Below are positions 50,329-61,404 of a stretch of DNA of 64,000 bases, in pieces. Both the position numbers and the translations under genes were made by a program. Within the stretch, counting starts at the first letter, position 1, and every line of letters starts with the position of its first letter. The notes under the pieces were generated by a model. That model did not search any database and had not been told where the DNA came from. It worked only from the letters and a program-made list of their open reading frames with translations. The stretch is from an uncultured Methanoregulaceae archaeon (GTDB lineage Archaea; Halobacteriota; Methanomicrobia; Methanomicrobiales; Methanospirillaceae), in contig OY970061.1 in NCBI GenBank assembly GCA_963705255.1, positions 1-64,000 of the forward strand, in the 5' to 3' direction.

Positions 50329-53148
50329 ATGAAACTTCAGGAAAAAACCAGTCTGATCCTGGTGGTACTGCTCATCCTTGTCATCTCGCTTATCAGCATC
50401 TTTGTGTCAGCTATTTCTCTTTCAAGCGACAGCTCACTTGAGCACAAGTATGTCATCCAGGAAACCGGCCAGGTCGCAGGGAACCTGAACACCGAATTCG
50501 CATCGCTTTCTGCTATCACATCCGGCTGGGGTCCATGGAATGACACCTACAACTTTGTCATCGGGAACGAACCGGATTATATCCGGACAAACCTCGTCCC
50601 GGAAACCTATCACAATCTCAGGCTGGACGTAATCGCCATCACCAACCGGGATGGCGATGTCGTGTACGCCGGTGCCTACGATCAGGCAAACCATCTGATA
50701 GTTGCTGTCCCTGAATCGTTCCGGCAGCAGCTGAGTCCCGGAAACCCCCTCATGAATATGACCGATCCTCACCATTCAGTGACCGGGATCCTGGTTGTGG
50801 ACAAAAATCCCCTTCTTGTTGCATCGCAGCCGGTCATCCACTCGGATTTTTCCGGGACCCCGGATGGTGTCGTGATTGTAGGAAGGTACCTCCATGAAAA
50901 CGAACTGGCGGGTCTTGGAAGTCCTGCCAGTCCGTCAGTCAGGGTACTCTCTGTCGGCGATCCTGTCATTTCACCCTCATTGTTATCACAGATAAAGGAT
51001 GATGCAGCAGAGGGCACAGATACCGTCGTCCCGCTGGATTATACTACCGTAGCTGGATACACACCCATCCGGGATATTTACGGGAATGACGCGTTCGTTC
51101 TTCAGGTAGTCCAACCCCGCGACATTTACCAGCAGGGAGTTACCATGACCTTCTATTATATTCTCATTGTGCTTGGGTCCGGTCTCCTGTTCGGGATCAT
51201 CGTCCTTCTCCTCCTCGACCGCCTTGTCCTCTCGCGGGTCAGTTCCCTGAGCCTGCAGGTGTATACAATCGGAAGGGATGAGGACATATCCAGGCGGATG
51301 GTTATAGACGGGAATGACGAGTTCACAGGGCTTGCCGTGGAGATCAACCACATGCTGGAGACCCTTGAATCAACGCAGAAAGGGCTCCAGGAGAGCGAAG
51401 GCAGGTTCCGGGAGCTTGCGGAACTGCTGCCGCTGATTGTCTTTGAGATGGACACAGCCGGGAACCTCAAGTACGTCAATAAGGCCGGCGTTGAACGATT
51501 CGGGATTACCGAGCAAAAAATCCTGAAAGGAATAAATATACGAGATTATTTATCTCCGGACAATATCGAGATGATGCAGCATGGACTTTCTACCGTGATA
51601 TCCGGAGGCAAATCTCCCGGGGAGATCTACACCTTAAAGCAATTTGACGGCAACCTGATGCGGGCTATTGTGTATACTTCACTCATATACCGTGAAGGCA
51701 AGATTACCGGGTTCCGGGGTATTGTTCTTGATATCTCAGAACGGATCAGGCTTGAGGAGGCGCTCACCGAGAGTGAAGAATACCTTCGGGCACTGATAAG
51801 GTCAATCCGTGTCGGTATCTTTGTCATCGATACAAAAACCCATAGGGTCATTGATGTAAACCCGGCGGCTCTTGAGATGATGGGCACCGGAAGAGATGCC
51901 GTTATCAACCAGCTATGCCACGAGGTAATCTGCCCGGCAGAAGTGGGAAGGTGCCCGATCACCGATCTGAACCAGGCCGTGGATAATGCTGAGCGAACCC
52001 TTCTGACACCGGACGGCAGGGAGATCTCGGTCATAAAATACGTTGTTCCGCTGATGCTTCACGGCAAACCCTGCCTGCTCGAAACGTTTATCGACAATAC
52101 GTACCGGAAACAGATCGAACGGAAGCTCGCAGAGAACGAGGAAAAATACCGCGCGCTTGCCGAGAACTCTGCAGATATCATCTTCTCGCTGGATATGGAG
52201 GGCATTTGTACGTATATCTCACCGCAGGTCAATACCTATGGTTTTCTTGAAGATGAGATAACCGGAAAACCGATTCGTAATTTTATCCATCCCGAAGATA
52301 TCGACCGGGTCGAACAGGACCTTGCCCGTGATCTTGAAAAGGGTGCCCAGTTCCATTCCACGTTCAGGACGCTCGATAAATGGGGAAATGTCAACTGGTT
52401 TGATGAAAAAGGTACCCTGCGGCTCGATCAGTCCGGAAAACCCATCGGAATATACGGAGTGCTGCGGGATGTAACCGAACAGAAGCGGGCGAAGGACGCA
52501 ATCGAGCTTGCCAATAAGAAACTCAACCTGATGAATAATATCACCCGCCATGATATCCTTAACACCATTACCGGGCTCCTGGGTTGTGTGGATATGGCAA
52601 ATGCCACTACCACACCGGAGGGAAGGGATCAGTTGCTCAGGGACATCAGGGAACTGACCCGGGTGATCCAGTGGCAGATAAGTTTCACGAAAGAATACCA
52701 GGAAGTGGGTGTACACCTGCCCCTCTGGCAGAACGTAACGGATGTAATACAGCGAATTCTGGTGAACTTCGAAAAATCAGGGCTCCAGTTTATCATCGAT
52801 CTTGAAAAAACTGAAATATATGCAGACCCCCTCCTCGAAAAAGTGTTCTATAATCTCGTGGACAATGCAATACGGTACGGTGAAAAAGTCACCACTATAA
52901 CGTTTTATTTCCAGATCTCGGACAAGGGACTGTCCTTAACGTGTGAAGATGACGGAGCAGGAATACCCTCGGAACAGAAGAGGCAGATCTTTGAACGGGG
53001 TGTGGGCAGAAATACCGGCATGGGCCTGTTCCTGACACGGGAGATTCTGGCGATAACCGGAATAACGATTGTGGAGAACGGTGTGTACGGGAAAGGTGCC
53101 CGGTTTGAGATCCATATCCCCCGCGGTACGTTCCGGTTTGTCCGTTAG
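50329..53148 (+). CDS. CHASE4-HAMP-PAS sensor histidine kinase
   Basis: WGPWNDTYNFV (CHASE4-type), HAMP, three PAS domains, TRHDILN and HATPase. Confidence 0.9.
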   Translation: MKLQEKTSLILVVLLILVISLISIFVSAISLSSDSSLEHKYVIQETGQVAGNLNTEFASLSAITSGWGPWNDTYNFVIGNEPDYIRTNLVPETYHNLRLDVIAITNRDGDVVYAGAYDQANHLIVAVPESFRQQLSPGNPLMNMTDPHHSVTGILVVDKNPLLVASQPVIHSDFSGTPDGVVIVGRYLHENELAGLGSPASPSVRVLSVGDPVISPSLLSQIKDDAAEGTDTVVPLDYTTVAGYTPIRDIYGNDAFVLQVVQPRDIYQQGVTMTFYYILIVLGSGLLFGIIVLLLLDRLVLSRVSSLSLQVYTIGRDEDISRRMVIDGNDEFTGLAVEINHMLETLESTQKGLQESEGRFRELAELLPLIVFEMDTAGNLKYVNKAGVERFGITEQKILKGINIRDYLSPDNIEMMQHGLSTVISGGKSPGEIYTLKQFDGNLMRAIVYTSLIYREGKITGFRGIVLDISERIRLEEALTESEEYLRALIRSIRVGIFVIDTKTHRVIDVNPAALEMMGTGRDAVINQLCHEVICPAEVGRCPITDLNQAVDNAERTLLTPDGREISVIKYVVPLMLHGKPCLLETFIDNTYRKQIERKLAENEEKYRALAENSADIIFSLDMEGICTYISPQVNTYGFLEDEITGKPIRNFIHPEDIDRVEQDLARDLEKGAQFHSTFRTLDKWGNVNWFDEKGTLRLDQSGKPIGIYGVLRDVTEQKRAKDAIELANKKLNLMNNITRHDILNTITGLLGCVDMANATTTPEGRDQLLRDIRELTRVIQWQISFTKEYQEVGVHLPLWQNVTDVIQRILVNFEKSGLQFIIDLEKTEIYADPLLEKVFYNLVDNAIRYGEKVTTITFYFQISDKGLSLTCEDDGAGIPSEQKRQIFERGVGRNTGMGLFLTREILAITGITIVENGVYGKGARFEIHIPRGTFRFVR

Positions 53149-53213
53149 GCTGCCTACATGGGTAAAGATATTACGTGAAATGACAACATCATGGTATAAG
53201 GAATGGTATATAA

Positions 53214-53582
53214 ATGGCAGGTGAATCAGTACTCATCGTCGAAGACGATGATATCATTGCACGGGTTGAAGAATGGCGCCTGAAAAATCTTGGGTATGGG
53301 GTGTCCGGCAGGGCCAGGACCGGCGCCGAGGCCATGGAACTGGTCGGGAAAAGCAAGCCGGATCTGGTACTGATGGATATCAACCTTAAAGGGGATATCG
53401 ACGGGATTGAAACTGCAAAACTGATCAAAAAAGGGTTCAATATTCCCGTGATTTATGTCACCTCGCACTCGGATGGCCCCACGCTTGAACGGGCAAAGGC
53501 AACCCGCCCGGATGGTTTTATCAACAAACCGTTCGACGATAAGGATCTCCGTGTCGCTATCGAACTCGCCATGAAAAAATAG
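53214..53582 (+). CDS. Single-domain response regulator
   Basis: VLIVEDD, VLMDINL and INKPF. Confidence 0.9.
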   Translation: MAGESVLIVEDDDIIARVEEWRLKNLGYGVSGRARTGAEAMELVGKSKPDLVLMDINLKGDIDGIETAKLIKKGFNIPVIYVTSHSDGPTLERAKATRPDGFINKPFDDKDLRVAIELAMKK

Positions 53583-53592
53583 GATCTTCTCT

Positions 53593-56420
53593 TTAGAGCT
53601 GGATCACAGCAGTCTCCTTTCTTTTCCGGATACTCTTCTGGTAATCGAGAATTTTCTGTTCGGGAATCCCGGACCTGGCAGCGAGTTTTGCGGCATCTGC
53701 AGAGAGCAGGGTATCCGCGTCCGTGATATCGGCACGGAAGAGCTTTTCAAGAACGGGCTCGCCCAATCCTCTGACGGCCAGGAGTTCCTTTTTGCCACGT
53801 TCCATCTGGGTTTTCGAGATCTTCTTCGGGACCGGTTTACTGAGGTGCCTGCAGACAAGCTCTACGTGGCGCTGGACCGTGCTCACCGACATGCCGGTCA
53901 GGTCGCTCAGGGCCCCGGGGGAGTGGACACAGAATGCTTCCGGGTCGATGATCCCTGCGGCGAGATATTTTTTCAGGCTGACGGCAGGGATACCGATCTC
54001 CCTGAGCACCTGGCCATGGTATACGGTCTTAGCCCGGGTGAGGAGTTGCTCCGCTTCATTCTCCCCGATCCCCGCTCTCGTGAGTGTTGCGATGTCAACC
54101 CTCGCGAGACCGGAGAGTTCGGAGATGCCGGATTCCTTGAGGGCAGAAAGGATTTTTGAATGGCTGCGTCCTTTCCTTGGGATCAGGTTATCGCGCATGA
54201 ACTTCCGGCACTCTGACCGCTTTCGCAGCCTTTCCAGCACACGCCCTGCTTCATGAACAAGCAGGCTGGCCTGGCCGCTGTCGAGTTCCAGTCTCCTTGC
54301 AAGTACCTCAGGTGTGCTATGCGCCAGTTCTGCCACGGAATAGATATGGTGGGACTGGATCTTTTTTGCCAGGGCTTCGTCCATGGACGGGATTTCGGCG
54401 AGCGATTCGAGGTTGGACTCGATATGATGACAGAGCGGACAGCCGATCTCCCACGGGCGGCCCCCTTCCGCACAAGCCGGACATACTTGAGATGGTGTTG
54501 TTCGCACACTTCGTCGGTCCGGACTGCAAACCCCCACTGGGCCATCGGGAGCCCGATGTTGAACGAGCAGTCCGGGTACCGGGAACACCCGATGAACTGG
54601 GTGTTGCCCCGGAGGTGCTTGATAGCCAGGGTTCCTCCGCAGGCGGGACACTTCCCCAGGTTCATCTCTTCTGCCGTCTTCCCCCGTATATCCTCGCCGA
54701 TCACCTGTTCGTTCGCCTCGAGCTGGTCGAAAGCATGGTGGAGCATCTCCCGGGATTCCCTGACCACGTCTTCCCGGGTCCGTTTGCTCTCCTTGATCTG
54801 CTGCATGTGCGCTTCCAGCGTCTGGGTCATGCCTGGCCGGGTGATCGTATCGGCATGCTGCTCGAGCGATTCCGTCACTACCCTGCCGACCAGCGTCGGG
54901 CGCAGGGGGTTGCCCTCGACATATTTCCGGGAGACCAGTTTTGCGATCACTTCGTGCCGGGTGCTTTTTGTCCCGAGACCGAGTTCTTCCATCCTCTGGA
55001 TGAGTTTGCTCTGCGTGTAGCGTGCGGGTGGCTGGGTCTCCTTCTCATCAAGGGTGACTTTCTTCACCGGGAGGTGCTCGCCCGTTTCGAACGCGGGCAG
55101 GACCACTTCTTTTGCCTCGCTGAACGGGTACACCCTGTGCCAGCCCGTTTCGAGGAGTTGTCCCCCGGTCGTGGTATATTCCTCGCCGCCTGCAGAGAAG
55201 AGGATCTTCAGTGTCTTCCACTGTGCATCGGGCGAGAGCGTCGCGAGGAACCGGCGGAGCACAAGCTCGTAGATCCGGAACCCGTCCTCTCCGAGTGCTT
55301 CGCGGGTTGCCCCGCCGGTCGGGTGGATAGGCGGGTGGTCCGTGGAGGACTTCTTACCCCGGGTAGGGACTGCCCTCCGGTGTGTCATCACCCATTCCAC
55401 GTCTTGCTGGAAGGATGAATTCCGAATGGTCTTCAGGATCTCATCGAGGTCCAGGGAATCCGGGTATACGGTATTGTCGGTCCTCGGGTACGAGATGAAA
55501 CCGTTCATGTACAGGTCTTCGGCAATCCGCATCGCATTTGCCGCGGATAACCCGAGCCGCGCTGCTGCAACGATATAGGCCGTCGTGTCAAAGGGTGACG
55601 GGGCCCGGTCCTGCTTGGTGCCGGTCCTGACATCCGTTACGACGAGCGGGGCCTTTGTCCGGTCCCGGGCAGCAACTGCCGCCGCCTTTTCATGGAACCT
55701 GCCTCTGGTGTGCCGGGCCTCAATAGTCTCCGCGGACTTCTCGGTAGTGCAGGACACCTGCCAGTACTTTTCCGGGACGAATGCCTCGATCTCTTTCTCC
55801 CGGTCCACAATCATGCCAAGTGTCGGGCTCTGCACCCGTCCCACGGAGAGGATGTTCTGGCCGCCCCTCCGTGCAGCAAGGGAGATGAACCGGGTGAGGG
55901 ACGCCCCCCACATCAGGTCGATGGACTGCCGCGCCTCCCCGGCTGCGGCAAGGGCAAAATCGAGTTCGGTTGTATGGGAGAATGCATGTTTCAATTCACC
56001 GGGAGTGATAGCAGAGAAGCGGGCCCGGTCGATCCCGACGTTCTTGTTGGCTGCCCGGACGAGTTCGTAAGCTTCCTTGCCGATCAGTTCCCCTTCGGTA
56101 TCGAAGTCGGTGGCGATCGTGACCCGGTCCGCCTGCCTGGCCAGCTTCTGGAGGAGGGAGACGATCTTCTTCTCGGTCGGGATCTTGATGGTCCTGGCAT
56201 CGATCAGGCTCCGCGGGGTATACTGCTCGCTCCTCCAGTTCTTGTACCCCGGTTCGAAATCGATCTCCACCACGTGCCCCCGGAGCCCGACCGTGGTTGT
56301 ATCCCCGAAACTGTACGTCGACACCCCGCCGTCCCTGTGTTCGGTGACTTTCTTTCCTTCGCTGAGTATCTGTGCAATGCGGCGTGCTGAAATGTTCTTT
56401 TCGGCAACAATGAGGTGCAC
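53593..56420 (-). CDS. topA: Type IA DNA topoisomerase with a Zn ribbon and C-terminal HhH repeats; frameshift near 54460
   Basis: LIVAEK, ATDFDTEGE, SVGRVQSP, ISYPRTD and GLGTKSTR; adding one C restores KGARPWEIGCPLC. Confidence 0.92.
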
Positions 56421-56425
56421 GGCAG

Positions 56426-57875
56426 TTACGCCTCCCGGTCCTTGAGCGATTCGGTGAGCAGCCGGTTCAGTTCGCCCGGGTCGGCTTTGCCCCGGGTCTT
56501 TTTCATGACCTGCCCCACGAGGAAGTTGAGCGCCCCGCCCTTTCCGGCCCGGTAGTCGTCTATCGCCTTCGGGTTCTCCGCTATCGCTTCCCGGATGGCT
56601 GAAGCGATGGCGCCGGTGTCCCCGGCAGTCTTTGCAAGGTTCAGGCGCCCGACGATATCTTCAGGAGTTTCACATGCCTCTTTCCTGAACCGCTGGTCGA
56701 GCATGAGCCGCAGGACCTCGACCCCGCTCTTGTCGGTAATCGTGCCCTCCTTCAGGAGAAGGACCAGCATGGTGAAACTCCCGGGGTCGACGGGATCGAA
56801 GCTCATGTCCCGGTAATTCAGCTCGCCGATGAGGGTGTCGGCTATCCACGTGGCGGCAAGCGCGGAGAGCCCTTTGGGATCGGCAGCGACCACTTCTTCA
56901 AAGAAGTTTGCCAGTCTGAGCTCGCCGGTCAGCGTCCGTGCGTGACTCGGGGAGCAGCCGGTCCTGCACCATGAACCGCTCCCTTCGCGCATCGGGCAGC
57001 TCCGGAAGGACAATCCCGTCCACCCATGACCGGACATGGAGCGGTCGGAGGTCGGGTTCCGGGAAGTACCGGTAGTCGTGCTCCAGCTCCTTGCTCCGGG
57101 CGGACTGGGTGACGCCCCGCGCTTCGAGGAAGTGCCGGGTCTCCCTCTCTACGTTCTGCCCGCGACGGAGCAGGTTCTTCTGGCGGGTGATCTCGAAAGT
57201 AAGCGCCTTTTCAACCCCCTTGTAGGATGTAATGTTCTTGACCTCCACGCGCGCGCTTCCCCGAATCGAGATGTTGGCGTCGACCCGCAGCGAGCCCTCC
57301 TTCTCGGAATCAAAGACGCTGAGGTATTCGAGCGTGGCGCGAAGCTTGTTGAGGAACTTCCGCGCCTCCTTCGGCGATCGCAGGTCCGGCTCGCTCACGA
57401 TCTCGATCAGGGGGATACCGGAACGGTTGTAGTCCACCAGCGAATATTTTCCCCGTTCAGTATTTCCCATGTGCACGAGCCTCCCCGGGTCTTCCTCCAC
57501 GTGGATGCGCGTGATCCGGATGCGGCGCTCGCCGCCTTCGTCGCTGTCGATCTCAAGGTACCCCCCTTCCGCGAGCGGCTTGTCGTACTGGGTGATCTGG
57601 TACGCCTTGTCGAGGTCAGGGTAGAAGTAGTTCTTCCGCGCGAACTCGGATTCGTCGAGCACTGCACAGTTTAAGGCCTTTGCGACCCGCATCGCGAACC
57701 CGATTGCCCTCCTGTTGAGGACCGGCATCGCGCCGGGCAGCCCGAGACAGATCGGGCAGACATGGGTATTGGGGCCGTCGGCACGGTAATCGGTCGAGCA
57801 GCCGCAGAAGAGTTTGCTCTTCGTATCGAGCTGGCAGTGGACCTCGAGGCCGACGATAACGTCTCCTTCCGCCAT
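56426..57875 (-). CDS. gatB: Asp/Glu-tRNA amidotransferase subunit B; frameshift near 56962
   Basis: [28 protein letters not shown] and NFLVGQVMK. Confidence 0.95.
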
Positions 57876-57876
57876 A

Positions 57877-59178
57877 TCAGGTCACCGCCTGCTCGTATGC
57901 ATACGCGACATCGATGACACGCTCGTCGTCAAACTGCCTGCCCATGATCTGGAGACCGACCGGCATCGCCCCGGCCCTGCCGCAGGGGACCGAGATGGAA
58001 GGGATGCCGGCAAGGTTTGCCGGCACGGTGAGGATGTCCGCGAGATACATGGAGAGCGGGTCGCTCTTCTCTCCCAGCCGGAAAGCGACCGTGGGCATGG
58101 TCGGGCCTGCTATCACGTCCACTTCTGAAAAGATGCGCTCAAAGTCTTTTCTCACGTTCTCGCGGGCGACCTGCGCCTTTGCATAATATTTCCCGTAGTA
58201 CCCGCTGGACAGGGCAAACGTACCGAGCATGATCCGCCGGCGCACCTCGGTGCCGAACGCGGCGGCCCGCACTTCCTGGTACGCATCGTGCCAGGACTTT
58301 TTCGTGTCCGCGGCAGGTCCGTACCGGACGCCATCGAACCGGGCGAGGTTGGAACTCGCCTCGCAGGTACAGGTCACGTAATAGGCGGCCAGCGCGTACT
58401 CCATAGAAGGGATGCTGCAGGGAACGGTGGCTGCACCGAGTTCTTCCAGTTTGGCGATGGCGGATCGTACCACGGCCGCTACGGCGGGGTCGACCCCGGC
58501 GCCAAAATACTCCTGCGGGATGCCGATCTTCAGGCCCCTGATGTCTGCTCTTGGCGTGTGGGTATAGGGCTTGTCGTGGGAAGTCGAGTCATGCCGGTCG
58601 TAGCCTGCGATGACCCCCATCAGAGTCGAGACATCGCTGACGGTCTTGCCCATGGGGCCGATCTGTTCAAGCGAGTTCGCGTACGCGATCAGGCCGTAAC
58701 GCGAGACCCGGCCGTAACTTGGCTTCAGGCCGACGATACCGCAGAACGCGGCCGGGCAGCGGATCGAGCCCCCGGTATCGGTCCCGAGTGCCATTTGCAC
58801 CATGCCGCTCGCGATCGCCGCAGCGCTCCCGCCGCTGGAGCCCCCCGGGACGCGGCCGGTATCGCAGGGGTTGAGGGTGGGACCGAACGCCGAGTTCTCG
58901 GTTGTTGTCCCCATCCCGAACTCGTCCATGTTGGTCTTGCCCACAATTGCGGCTCCGGAGCTTTTCAGGAGTTCAACAACCCGGGCGTCATAGGGTGGGA
59001 CATACCCTTTGAGGATCTTTGAAGCGCAGGTGGTCTCAATCCCCCGGGTGGAGATATTGTCTTTGACCGCGACCGCGATACCGGAGAGTTTCCCGTTCCC
59101 GTGAGGCGCGTGGTTACATACCGTGAGGAAAGCGTTGTACCGGTCGTCAGGTTCGAACAGGATCGTGCCGGAACTCAC
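57877..59178 (-). CDS. gatA: Amidotransferase subunit A
   Basis: [19 protein letters not shown] and GTDTGGSIR. Confidence 0.96.
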   Translation of the reverse strand: MSSGTILFEPDDRYNAFLTVCNHAPHGNGKLSGIAVAVKDNISTRGIETTCASKILKGYVPPYDARVVELLKSSGAAIVGKTNMDEFGMGTTTENSAFGPTLNPCDTGRVPGGSSGGSAAAIASGMVQMALGTDTGGSIRCPAAFCGIVGLKPSYGRVSRYGLIAYANSLEQIGPMGKTVSDVSTLMGVIAGYDRHDSTSHDKPYTHTPRADIRGLKIGIPQEYFGAGVDPAVAAVVRSAIAKLEELGAATVPCSIPSMEYALAAYYVTCTCEASSNLARFDGVRYGPAADTKKSWHDAYQEVRAAAFGTEVRRRIMLGTFALSSGYYGKYYAKAQVARENVRKDFERIFSEVDVIAGPTMPTVAFRLGEKSDPLSMYLADILTVPANLAGIPSISVPCGRAGAMPVGLQIMGRQFDDERVIDVAYAYEQAVT

Positions 59179-59447
59179 TACATCACCCGCGGCGCCCTGA
59201 TGAACCCCTCTTCCTGTGCCGGTGCATTGCGCAGCACCTCTTCCTGAGAGAGGGATGGCTCGACCTCGTCCTCGCGCATGATATTGTAGAGATCGCGCGT
59301 AACCGCCGCATCCCCCTGGACACGGTCGAGGATATCGAAATATTCGAGGATTGCGTTGAACTGGTGAGTAAAGGGGCCCAGTTCGCCCGGGCTGATGCCG
59401 ACATCGGCCAGCTCCGCGATATGGTGTACGTCTTTTTCAGTGACCAT
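59178..59447 (-). CDS. gatC: Amidotransferase subunit C
   Basis: DVHHIAELA, MREDE and FIRAPRVM; directly upstream of gatA. Confidence 0.92.
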   Translation of the reverse strand: MVTEKDVHHIAELADVGISPGELGPFTHQFNAILEYFDILDRVQGDAAVTRDLYNIMREDEVEPSLSQEEVLRNAPAQEEGFIRAPRVM

Positions 59448-60465
59448 GGTCCACCCTGATGATGTGGCCTATGTAATCTTGCACGGACGATTTATATCCA
59501 TTTTTACTGGCAAGCTTCTGGAGCACTCTCCATACGCCGCTCCCGTATTGCATCGCTTTCTTCTCTTTCCATGCGAGATCCCGGGAAATGTAGCGTTCTG
59601 CGACCGTCCTGAGCGGGATCTTACGCCGGCCGTGCTGCACTTTTTCTTCTGCGGGGATCTGCTGTGCAGCGCGCACCACCCGCAGGTCAAGGTAGGGCAT
59701 GGAAAGGTACGTGCTGTGGAGGGCGGCGACCGACTGGTCACGCGCCGCCTGCTGCCCGAGGCCGGCAAAGTCCCGGGCCAGGTCGGATTCGAGCGTGGTG
59801 GTCTCCAGGTAGCGGGAGTATCCCCCGAAGAGTTCGTCGGCACCCTGCCCCGTGATGATGCGCTCGTGACCGTGTTCCCCGGCCCAGCGTGCGATGAAGT
59901 ACTGGGTGAGCGCGATGCCGGTATTGACCGGGTCTGTGTCCGGAATTGTCCTGACAACCTCAGGAAGTGCTGCTGCTATTTCTTCCTGGGTTATCGTGAC
60001 GAACGTGCAGGAGAGCCCGAGCATATCGGCAGCCCGCCGCGCCTGGACGAGGTCGTGGGAGCCCCCGACTCCGACCGCAACGCATTCGCGTTGTGCCAGG
60101 AACGCGACGAGCGTCGAGTCCACGCCGCCCGAGAACGCAACCACTCCCTCGTCCGAACGCAGGCTTACCGCGGTGACGATCGCTGCATCCAGGGACATAT
60201 CAGGAACTTCAGGTTTGATGACTCCCCTCACCTCGCCATTGCAGACCATGGTCCCTTTCCGGCAGTCACCCTGCATGATGCCGAGATGGTCGCGTGCACG
60301 GCACCCGTCCCAGGAGAGGAAGAACTCGCCCCCGAACCTGAGGATATCGGACGGGTGGTCCCTGATAATGTGTTCAATTTCGGGAAGGGTGAGGCGGTGC
60401 CCGTCGAGTTCGACCCACCCGGCAAGTTCAGGTCTGTTCAGGGGTACATCACACGGTGCTACCAT
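59437..60465 (-). CDS. Asparagine synthase-like protein with a truncated glutaminase domain
   Basis: AFSGGVDS, TGQGADELFGGY and KKAMQYGSG. Confidence 0.85.
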   Translation of the reverse strand: MVAPCDVPLNRPELAGWVELDGHRLTLPEIEHIIRDHPSDILRFGGEFFLSWDGCRARDHLGIMQGDCRKGTMVCNGEVRGVIKPEVPDMSLDAAIVTAVSLRSDEGVVAFSGGVDSTLVAFLAQRECVAVGVGGSHDLVQARRAADMLGLSCTFVTITQEEIAAALPEVVRTIPDTDPVNTGIALTQYFIARWAGEHGHERIITGQGADELFGGYSRYLETTTLESDLARDFAGLGQQAARDQSVAALHSTYLSMPYLDLRVVRAAQQIPAEEKVQHGRRKIPLRTVAERYISRDLAWKEKKAMQYGSGVWRVLQKLASKNGYKSSVQDYIGHIIRVDHGH

Positions 60466-60778
60466 TCACACTCAGTACCCCGGCATTCTCATTAAACATA
60501 TTGTTCAGGCCCTGCGGCAGGACGTGGAGGTTCCGGCCCAGGTATCTCCGGTGGCGCTGGCCGCAGCGCCCGGAGATACCGTACGGAAAAACGTGGGGTG
60601 GAGGCGGGGAGCCCTGATTGAATGCCAGACCCTCGGTTGTATGATATCAATAGCAACGGATGAAATGGTTTCCCAAAACAGAATCAAAGAGTCAAGAAAG
60701 AGCTGCAATCTTTTTTTGTAACAAGGTTAAAAAAAAGGTGCAAGCTTTTTTTGTAGTCTCCGGTCAATACTGTAGAGC

Positions 60779-60818
60779 GCGAGGGCAGCCAGGCCGGCCA
60801 ACGGCGCTGGACTTAAGA
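60779..60818 (+). pseudogene. 5' half of a tRNA-Leu(UAA)
   Basis: GCGAGGG CA GCC..GGC G CTGGA CTTAAGA, then homology stops; C at the position of U8. Confidence 0.7.
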
Positions 60819-60849
60819 CCTCGTCGTGATAATTGGTATAAGGGTTAAT

Positions 60850-60933
60850 GCGAGGGTAGGAAAGCCGGCCAACTCCGCCGGACTTAAGATCCGGTCCTGC
60901 AGAGGTTCATGCGTTCAAATCGCATCCCTCGCA
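60850..60933 (+). tRNA. tRNA-Leu(UAA)
   Basis: Acceptor GCGAGGG/CCCTCGC+A, D stem GGA/TCC, anticodon stem CCGGA-CTTAAGA-TCCGG, long variable arm, T arm ATGCG-TTCAAAT-CGCAT. Confidence 0.93.
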
Positions 60934-60947
60934 TCTTTGCCCGGAGA

Positions 60948-61271
60948 TCAGCCGGGTTTACTCTCACCGGGCTTTGGTTCTTCTCCTGCTTTCTTCCCGG
61001 CTGCGACCACATTCTTCTGGGGATGTTTCTTCTGGTGAAGCCCCGCACGACGTTCCGCTTCCTGGCGGGCTTTCTGCCTGTCCCGGAACCCGGTGAAGAG
61101 GATCCGGACACCATCGATGTCGTCCTTGAGATATGCCGCCTCACGGTATTCGATGAGCATGATCTGTCCGTCCGGGCCGAAGTGGCGCTCTTCACTCGTG
61201 CCGGCCATATACCGTTCCCGCTGCTCTTTGGTCGGGGCCGCATACCTGTTCTCGTACCGGAAAACACCCAT
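60948..61271 (-). CDS. Hypothetical protein
   Basis: 107-aa ORF with an ATG start and natural composition. Confidence 0.6.
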   Translation of the reverse strand: MGVFRYENRYAAPTKEQRERYMAGTSEERHFGPDGQIMLIEYREAAYLKDDIDGVRILFTGFRDRQKARQEAERRAGLHQKKHPQKNVVAAGKKAGEEPKPGESKPG

Positions 61272-61404
61272 TGAGATCCCCCGCGTTACATGATGATATC
61301 ATTACGGCATGATAAACTGCCGGGTGCCCGGTGCCACCTCCCGTGGCGGGATGTTGACCGCTGAGGAAAAGAGTCCGGGGATTGAAATTTCCTTCTGTAC
61401 AGGT

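Noticed and set aside
6822-57875. Genuine pseudogenes or programmed frameshifts in uvrC, polB, topA and gatB
   Set aside because: The genes are core or essential and otherwise intact, no slippery sites are shared, and the pattern fits long-read error
60779-60933. Intron-containing or nested tRNA spliced at 37/38
   Set aside because: A canonical bulge-helix-bulge cannot form (CTTA would face CTTA) and the upstream half has C instead of U8
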